Assembly (NCBI GenBank): GCA_964450885.1
Contig: CAYVFE010000002.1
Span: forward strand, 116,494-180,493
Reading direction: 5' to 3'
DNA: 64,000 bases
Source of the DNA: an uncultured Gammaproteobacteria bacterium
GTDB taxonomy: Bacteria; Patescibacteriota; Microgenomatia; Levybacterales; GWA1-39-11
Shown: piece by piece, positions 57,862 to 64,000 of the stretch
How positions within the stretch are numbered: the first letter of the stretch is position 1
Layout: each line of letters begins with the position of its first letter
Notes under the pieces: generated by a model
The model's input: the letters and a program-made list of their open reading frames with translations, nothing else
Database searches by the model: none
Told to the model about the DNA's origin: nothing
Made by a program: the position numbers and the translations under genes

Positions 57862-58638
57862 TTATTTCTTATCTGCCTTTTCTTTTTTCGCGGCTTCTTT
57901 TTCAGCTGCTATTTTTTCCTTCTCGTCTTTTTTACCTTTCTCGCGACTCCCCTCTATCCATGCATCTATTATATAAGATGTAATAAGCTCTATAGAGCCT
58001 ACTGCATCGTCATTTGCTGGAATAGGATGATTCACGCTGGATGGGTCTCCATTTGTATCAACGATTCCGGCACTGGCGACCTTTACTCTCTTTGCTTCGT
58101 TCACTGCGGTTTTCTCAAAATGTGTGTCGATTATGAAAAGAGCATCAGGAGCTGCTTTTAGACTTCTTACTCCCTGATAGAAATTCTTTAGCTTCGCTAT
58201 TTCACGTTCGAATAAAGCAAGTTCCCTCTTTGTGTATTCTTTTGATTTTTCTGTTCCGACGAGCGATTCGAGCTCATCAAGCTTTTTGAAGTTTTTTGAG
58301 ACTTCAGGAAAATTCGTCAGGACTCCTCCGACCCAGCGTGAAGTTACATAATGAATAGTATCAGGTGTTGCCACTCTCGCTCTCTCTACCTGATCTTCAA
58401 CGACTTGTTTTGCCTGTCTTTTCGTTCCTACAACTATCATCGTCTTACCTTCTGCAGCAAGATTCTTTACGAACTCCGCTGCATCCATAAGTCCTTTATG
58501 GGTCTGCTCCAGATCTATGATGTGCACATTGCTACGCGGTTCGAAAATAAATGAATTTGCTTTTGGGTTCGACCTATTTACCTGATGTCCGAAATGGCAA
58601 CCAGCTGACAATAATTCTTCTAGTGTAATTTGTTTCAT
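57862..58638 (-). CDS. rpsB: 30S ribosomal protein S2
   Basis: LLSAGCHFGH, VGTK, RWVGGVLTN and PIPANDDA. Confidence 0.97.
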   Translation of the reverse strand: MKQITLEELLSAGCHFGHQVNRSNPKANSFIFEPRSNVHIIDLEQTHKGLMDAAEFVKNLAAEGKTMIVVGTKRQAKQVVEDQVERARVATPDTIHYVTSRWVGGVLTNFPEVSKNFKKLDELESLVGTEKSKEYTKRELALFEREIAKLKNFYQGVRSLKAAPDALFIIDTHFEKTAVNEAKRVKVASAGIVDTNGDPSSVNHPIPANDDAVGSIELITSYIIDAWIEGSREKGKKDEKEKIAAEKEAAKKEKADKK

Positions 58639-58644
58639 AGTCAA

Positions 58645-58705
58645 TCCTTATTCCTCCATTCGGCTTGATGATTCAGGATTGCTCCACCGAATGTGCGTTA
58701 TGAAG
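58645..58705 (-). promoter_or_regulatory. rpsB 5' leader (putative S2 autoregulatory structure)
   Basis: Minus strand ACGCA-CATTCGG...CCGAATG-GAGG stem downstream of TGCTATAAT; position matches known rpsB leaders. Confidence 0.6.
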
Positions 58706-58781
58706 CTGATTATAGCAAATATATCCAGGCAAGACAAGTGGCGCCTTGACTATCTCGAATTATTGTATCTACAATAAACAT

Positions 58782-59675
58782 ATGGCAAACAATAAACGCG
58801 GTGGGATATTTTTTTCTGGCGGTAATAGCGGTGGGGGGTTCTCGTCACTACTCTCAGGCGGCAAACCTGTCTTTTTCCTATTTTTGGCAATAGTTATAGG
58901 TGGTGCATTCCTGCTTGGCGGAGGTAACCCATTCCCCCAAAATCAGCTCACAGTACCGGATGATGGAGTTTATGAGATCGATGAAGAATCACTAAAGGAC
59001 CTCGATAATGCGCGTGGAAATCTACAACTAAAGACTATAAAGTTCAAAGAATGTGCAGGCGTGACGGCTATCACCATGATGCTTGATACAACCGGTTCTA
59101 TGGAAACCCCCACCAGTAAAATAAATAATCTTAAAAGCTCAGTACTAGCATTTACCAGCTCTATGTCTGATGAGTCGGTAGTCGGAATCGAAAGGTTTAA
59201 TGGAGATATCGGGGTCGTAACTGAAGTTCCAGTATCACTGTATAAAGATGTAAAGGACATAATTCCAGGAAGGATCAACTCCATAAATCCCAATGGTGGA
59301 ACAAATACCATAGAGGCGTTGCAGAGGGCTCGAGAAACTCTAATACAAGCCCAAAGCGCGTATCCTGAACGTAATTTCTCGCTGATTTTCGTGTCAGATG
59401 GGCTCCCTAACATCCCAGGAGGTATCGACCTAAGTCCTCAAGCAGACCCACGTCAGCAGAATCCGAATCCCGCTGATGAGATAAAAAATCTCGGAGTGAC
59501 AATATATTCTATAGGTATATTCGGAGCAGGCGATACTCAAGGACTAACACTTATGAGAGACTTAGCATCCAGGCCTGACACCTTTTACAATACTCCAAAT
59601 GGCGCGGAACTTGAGAACATCTATAAATCGATATCACAAAAAATCTGTAGCTCTGTACAGACCGTAAATAACTGA
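58782..59675 (+). CDS. Membrane-anchored von Willebrand factor A domain protein
   Basis: MIDAS motif LDTTGSM, GGTN, FVSDGLPN and IYSIG. Confidence 0.88.
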   Translation: MANNKRGGIFFSGGNSGGGFSSLLSGGKPVFFLFLAIVIGGAFLLGGGNPFPQNQLTVPDDGVYEIDEESLKDLDNARGNLQLKTIKFKECAGVTAITMMLDTTGSMETPTSKINNLKSSVLAFTSSMSDESVVGIERFNGDIGVVTEVPVSLYKDVKDIIPGRINSINPNGGTNTIEALQRARETLIQAQSAYPERNFSLIFVSDGLPNIPGGIDLSPQADPRQQNPNPADEIKNLGVTIYSIGIFGAGDTQGLTLMRDLASRPDTFYNTPNGAELENIYKSISQKICSSVQTVNN

Positions 59676-59977
59676 TGAAAAAACCTTATAGTATCGTCCG
59701 AAATCAAGAATCGGGTTTTGCTTTCGTTCTTATCATTATAATAGTAGTTCTTTTCTTTAGTATAACTCTTGTGTCGGGTGCAGATAAATTTGTCCTGTCT
59801 GAGGAAAAACCTCGCTCGTCAAGTAGCGGCACAGGAAATGCCCCCACCCCAACTCCGGCAGACTCTGGGTCAACCCCCACACCTACAGCAACGCCTACGA
59901 CGACTCCACAGAATGCTGCGCCCGATGCACAGGAAAGACTTTTACAGCAGCAACAGCTAATCGAGCCAGCACAATAG
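59675..59977 (+). CDS. Small TM protein with a PT-rich tail (pilin-like GF N-terminus)
   Basis: QESGFAFVLIIIIVVLFF; start overlaps the vWA gene stop. Confidence 0.6.
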   Translation: MKKPYSIVRNQESGFAFVLIIIIVVLFFSITLVSGADKFVLSEEKPRSSSSGTGNAPTPTPADSGSTPTPTATPTTTPQNAAPDAQERLLQQQQLIEPAQ

Positions 59978-60037
59978 ACTCTCCGAGTTCATATTTCGTT
60001 GACTTTACGGTCTTTTTGGGCTATTATAGTTAGACTC

Positions 60038-61360
60038 ATGATAAAGTCCCTATCCTCTACCGACCCTGAAATAGACAAAATCCTAAAGGAAGAAGAACGA
60101 CGACAAAAAGAAACGATCGCCCTCATACCATCCGAAAATTATGCATCTACAGCAGTAAGATCCGCTCTCGGGTCAGTTCTCACGAATAAATATTCTGAAG
60201 GATATCCCAAAAAAAGATATTATCAGGGAAATAAAAATGCCGACAACGCAGAAATACTTGCTATAGAGCGCGCAAAAAAACTATTTAAGGTGGCTCACGC
60301 AAATGTCCAGCCATATTCTGGGTCCCCTGCAAATCTGGCGATTTATGTAGCGCTATGCAAAGTCGGAGACACTGTTATGGGACACGCTCTTCCAGATGGA
60401 GGCCATCTCACCCACGGGTGGAAAGCGAGCGTCACAGGCAAATACTACAATGGCGTCCAATATCATCTGGACAAAGATGGATATATAGATCTCGAGGAAG
60501 TAAAAAAACTAGCCAGACAGCACAAGCCAAAAGTTATCTTCATAGGAGCGACAGCTTACTCACGGACACTACCTTTCGCACAATTCGCGGAAATTGCAGA
60601 GAAAGCAAAAGCATATCTCGTAGCAGATGTCTCCCACATCGCAGGACTTATCGCAGGCGGCGCGCACCCTTCACCCAGCCTTTATGTTGATGTGATCATG
60701 ACAACCACCCACAAAACACTACGCGGGCCGCGAGGAGCTATGATAATGGTTACAAAAAAAGGCCTTCGCCGCGACAAGGATCTAGCGGACAAGATCGATA
60801 GCGCGGTATTTCCAGGGCTTCAAGGAGGACCACATGATGACCAGACAGCGGCAATCGCTGTTGCACTAAAAGAAGCAGATTCTGATAATTTCAAGAAATA
60901 TGCAAAGCAAATAGTTGCGAATGCAAAAACGCTCGCAAAAGAACTCACCAATTATGGATTTGATATCGTAAGTGGAGGGACCGACAACCATCTGATGCTT
61001 ATAGATCTTCGGAATAAAAAAATAAACGGGGCGCTCGCTGCGTATGCTCTCGAGAAAGTAAATATAGTCGTCAATAAAAATTCTGTACCAAATGATACCA
61101 ATCCCCCATTCTATCCCTCAGGAATCCGCATAGGGACTCCGGCCATAACGACACGTGGTATGAAAGAGGATGATATGAAAAAGGTCGCAGGCTGGATAAA
61201 TGATACTATCGTCGCGTGCGGCGAATGGGGACTACCAACGACCAAAGAAAAACGGAATGTATTTTTCAAAGCATTTAAAGATGATATAAATAAGAATAAG
61301 GAGCTTGAAAAAATTGCGAATGAAGTAAAAAAAACTGCAGTAAAATTCCCCCTACCCTAG
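60038..61360 (+). CDS. glyA: Serine hydroxymethyltransferase
   Basis: LIPSENY, NKYSEGYP, GGHLTHG, TTTHKTLRGPRG and SGIRIGTPA. Confidence 0.97.
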   Translation: MIKSLSSTDPEIDKILKEEERRQKETIALIPSENYASTAVRSALGSVLTNKYSEGYPKKRYYQGNKNADNAEILAIERAKKLFKVAHANVQPYSGSPANLAIYVALCKVGDTVMGHALPDGGHLTHGWKASVTGKYYNGVQYHLDKDGYIDLEEVKKLARQHKPKVIFIGATAYSRTLPFAQFAEIAEKAKAYLVADVSHIAGLIAGGAHPSPSLYVDVIMTTTHKTLRGPRGAMIMVTKKGLRRDKDLADKIDSAVFPGLQGGPHDDQTAAIAVALKEADSDNFKKYAKQIVANAKTLAKELTNYGFDIVSGGTDNHLMLIDLRNKKINGALAAYALEKVNIVVNKNSVPNDTNPPFYPSGIRIGTPAITTRGMKEDDMKKVAGWINDTIVACGEWGLPTTKEKRNVFFKAFKDDINKNKELEKIANEVKKTAVKFPLP

Positions 61361-62391
61361 AAGTTTGCTTCGGGCTTTCCTTCTCTTAAATCATATTCTA
61401 TTCCCTCGTTCATTCTTCTGTAGAAAGCAAGTGCCGTATCCATCTCTTCAGCCCGCTGCTTTCCCTCAAGATAAAGCTGGATTATACTATCTGCTATCTC
61501 TTCCTGAGCATACGCGATAAAAAGCGGAACACTCCCTGATGTAGTCTGCTCTGGGTCAAATTTATAAGGCGTTTTCTTACCAGTTTCTGTATCAACACTT
61601 ATTGCTTTTCCGCCTCCGTTTAGAAGAAATGGTAACCCAGGGTCTATCTCCGACCTTGGCTCATTCATCATTACATAAGCATCTAAAGCACCCGAACCTA
61701 AATAAGCATATATAAAAGCTCCTCCTCCAGGATAAAGAAACTGTTTTCTCTCAAAAGCCTCTACCATGCTACTGAAATTCTTTGCAAAAGGAAGAAAATA
61801 TTCTCCTTCGCTGACGAAAGACGCTATAGAAACGTTAGGATCCCTGAAGTCCTTTCTTTTTGATATAGAAAGCTCAGTTACTTCACCAGTCTCGACATCT
61901 TTAACTGTATTTTTATTCTTCGTAGACCTAAAGATTCTATTACCATCGATGTCTACTATCACAGCACCTATCGGATTGCGGGTCTTGTGATCAAAAGCAC
62001 CCCCAACTGTATAAGGTCGAACATCAAGCCCTCTTATGTATGGACTCGTATTGTCGAGTGAATCATTTGTGAAGTCGACAAGAGGCTCCTGACCCTCCAC
62101 AGTAGTATAGGTATTCTGCTCTCCGATTATTCTTGAAGGTAGGTTGTGCCCTCTGGCAATATTTGCAAATAAATGCTCTCCTACGGAGTCTATCAGGTGC
62201 ATTTGCTCACCAGGCCTATTTCTAACATAGCCTAGTACTTCTTTTGCTCTTCCAGCTCTTATCATGGGACGCATGGTTGCAAGACTTTGCTCACCATACT
62301 CTGTAAGGACTGTATTAGTCCTCTGATTTAGCTCTCTGGTCGATAAGTGCTCTGTATTTTGTGGCGGCATGCCGCCTTCTGGAAATGACAT
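61357..62391 (-). CDS. Inositol monophosphatase/FBPase (FIG) superfamily protein, divergent
   Basis: IDSVGE, IIGEQ, DSLDNT (DPLDGT-like), GGAF...GALDAY and SEID. Confidence 0.7.
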   Translation of the reverse strand: MSFPEGGMPPQNTEHLSTRELNQRTNTVLTEYGEQSLATMRPMIRAGRAKEVLGYVRNRPGEQMHLIDSVGEHLFANIARGHNLPSRIIGEQNTYTTVEGQEPLVDFTNDSLDNTSPYIRGLDVRPYTVGGAFDHKTRNPIGAVIVDIDGNRIFRSTKNKNTVKDVETGEVTELSISKRKDFRDPNVSIASFVSEGEYFLPFAKNFSSMVEAFERKQFLYPGGGAFIYAYLGSGALDAYVMMNEPRSEIDPGLPFLLNGGGKAISVDTETGKKTPYKFDPEQTTSGSVPLFIAYAQEEIADSIIQLYLEGKQRAEEMDTALAFYRRMNEGIEYDLREGKPEANF

Positions 62392-62519
62392 TTTTCTAAT
62401 ATAAAATCACCCTGCTTCAAAAGGTGAAGAGAATTTTACCATAGTTATGGGATATTAACAAGCTGGGACTACCGATAATTGACCTTATGGAGTATAATTT
62501 GTAAGAATACGCTAAAATT

Positions 62520-63794
62520 ATGAAGGTAGCAAATGTCATGTCCAGGCAAGTGGACTATATTTCTGCGGACGATAAGGTAGAATATGCCTCTAGACTTATC
62601 TTTGGAAGAGGTATAAATGGTCTTCCTGTCTGCAGAAACAAAAAAGTTATAGGATTTGTTACTGAGCACGATATCATCTCAAAAGTCTTCCCTACGTTCC
62701 AGGAATACATAGAGGATCCAGTACACAATCAGAACTTTGAGGAAATGGAACAGAAAATGTCCGAAGTCTTCAAGATAAAAGTCGAGAAGATAATGAGCAA
62801 GGACATTGTCTCCGTAAAGCCAAGTACTCCACTACTTGAAGCACAGTCTATCATGAAGACACACAACATCGGAAGACTTCCTGTTATCGACGAGGATGGA
62901 AAACTGATAGGCATCATCTCAAACAGCGATGTTTTCAAAGCAGTTGTCAGAGAGCGACTGGCAGTAAGCGTTGACGAAGAATACAACGACTGGCTTTCTA
63001 AAAATTATTACAAGACTGTCGATACTGAGGACAGGCTGGCACATGAACTTCCAGATTTAGTAGAGCTGTTCAAAAAAAATAAGGTAAAGACCGTTATCGA
63101 TGTAGGATGTGGAACAGGCGACCATGTCATAGCACTTGCCAAAGAAGGCTACAAAGTAACTGGAATCGACAGAAGCACACTTATGATAAAGGAGGCAAAA
63201 AAGAGAATGACTGACCTGCCTGCGCATATCAGAAAGCGTATTACATTTATTGTAGGAGAGTATAACGATCTTACAAAGCCCAGAATCGAGACCACTTATG
63301 ACTGCGTCATGATTTGGGGGAATACTCTATCCCACAACCCATATGTCTACAAAAAAACCCTTGATATGTCCTCAGACCTTCTAAGTGGCCCATCTCTTCT
63401 GCTTATTCAGAATACTAACTTTGAAAAAGTCATTAAGACAAAAAATCGACTTTTGAGTCTTTCTTTTGTTGGAAAAAATTCTTATAAATCGACGGGCGAA
63501 GAGCATGCTTTTCTGGAATTCTATGATCCACCGGATGAAGAAGAGATGACGATCCTAAAAACTTTTGCGGTATTTGATAAAACCCAGAATAAATGGGCAG
63601 CATATGGTGTAAAGAATTCTATCTTTGCATACGTTACGAAGATCGGAATCGAAAGACATCTTCTGGGACTAGGGTTCAAGGATATTAATTTTTACGGATC
63701 TTCATTTGATGGGAGAAGCTGGGACTACGTATTTCGCAAACCCTACAGCCCGCTTGAAAGCGATTGGATGAATGTAGTCGCAAAAAAAGGCTAG
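62520..63794 (+). CDS. CBS-pair plus class I SAM methyltransferase fusion
   Basis: Two CBS repeats (GLPV...IGFVT; RLPV...LIGIIS), then IDVGCGTG, GIDRS and WGNTLSH. Confidence 0.85.
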   Translation: MKVANVMSRQVDYISADDKVEYASRLIFGRGINGLPVCRNKKVIGFVTEHDIISKVFPTFQEYIEDPVHNQNFEEMEQKMSEVFKIKVEKIMSKDIVSVKPSTPLLEAQSIMKTHNIGRLPVIDEDGKLIGIISNSDVFKAVVRERLAVSVDEEYNDWLSKNYYKTVDTEDRLAHELPDLVELFKKNKVKTVIDVGCGTGDHVIALAKEGYKVTGIDRSTLMIKEAKKRMTDLPAHIRKRITFIVGEYNDLTKPRIETTYDCVMIWGNTLSHNPYVYKKTLDMSSDLLSGPSLLLIQNTNFEKVIKTKNRLLSLSFVGKNSYKSTGEEHAFLEFYDPPDEEEMTILKTFAVFDKTQNKWAAYGVKNSIFAYVTKIGIERHLLGLGFKDINFYGSSFDGRSWDYVFRKPYSPLESDWMNVVAKKG

Positions 63795-63862
63795 ACAATT
63801 TCCTCATTTAGGGTTGACTTCTTCCCCTTATTATACCTAATATAGAATTAGACTATATTCAA

Positions 63863-64000
63863 ATGAGATCATTTAGAAATCTTATCGATGGTGCTTTTTT
63901 TCATTCATGGCAACGCACTTCTATGGTTCTAGGGGGCATCGTACTAGCACTCGCTCTCCCCATAACAATCTTTCTCACCCAGCAAGAACAGGATATCAGG
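63863..64000 (+). CDS. Partial exported protein, truncated by the window end
   Basis: Open to the window edge: MRSFRNLIDGAFFHSWQRTSMVLGGIVLALALPITIFLTQQEQDIR; same post-TM motif as 15222..15920. Confidence 0.7.
   Translation, partial: MRSFRNLIDGAFFHSWQRTSMVLGGIVLALALPITIFLTQQEQDIR

Overview
Gene-dense, AT-rich chromosomal window, most likely from a Patescibacteria/CPR bacterium of the Microgenomates group. This is inferred from the short EF-Ts, ProRS without an editing insert, no pyrH between tsf and frr, many Pro/Thr-rich membrane-anchored proteins, and many genes with a -10 hexamer only 5-8 nt before the ATG. Housekeeping genes: proS, prs, ybaB, dnaX, ybeY, rpsU, ychF, recR, frr, rseP, tsf, rpsB, glyA. 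Accessory content: purine salvage genes, an ispH-idi pair, a CsoR-regulated copper-resistance operon, two GAF/PAS histidine kinases and two response regulators, a SipW/TasA-type fibre operon, topoisomerase IB, an Rpf-type lytic transglycosylase and several stress proteins. I found no rRNA, tRNA, CRISPR array or transposase. Strongest candidates for new biology: (1) a promoter, a structured ~250-nt leader and Shine-Dalgarno-led microproteins at 6.7-7.6 kb; (2) a TasA/SipW fibre operon whose leader has two tandem terminator-like hairpins; (3) a MATCAP/DUF1704-like carboxypeptidase coupled to a Fem-like GNAT; (4) a recurring TTCTTACA box, often in 11-bp tandem repeats, upstream of stress and signalling genes; (5) a CBS-methyltransferase fusion near glyA. 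All family assignments come from motifs recognised by eye, not from database searches.
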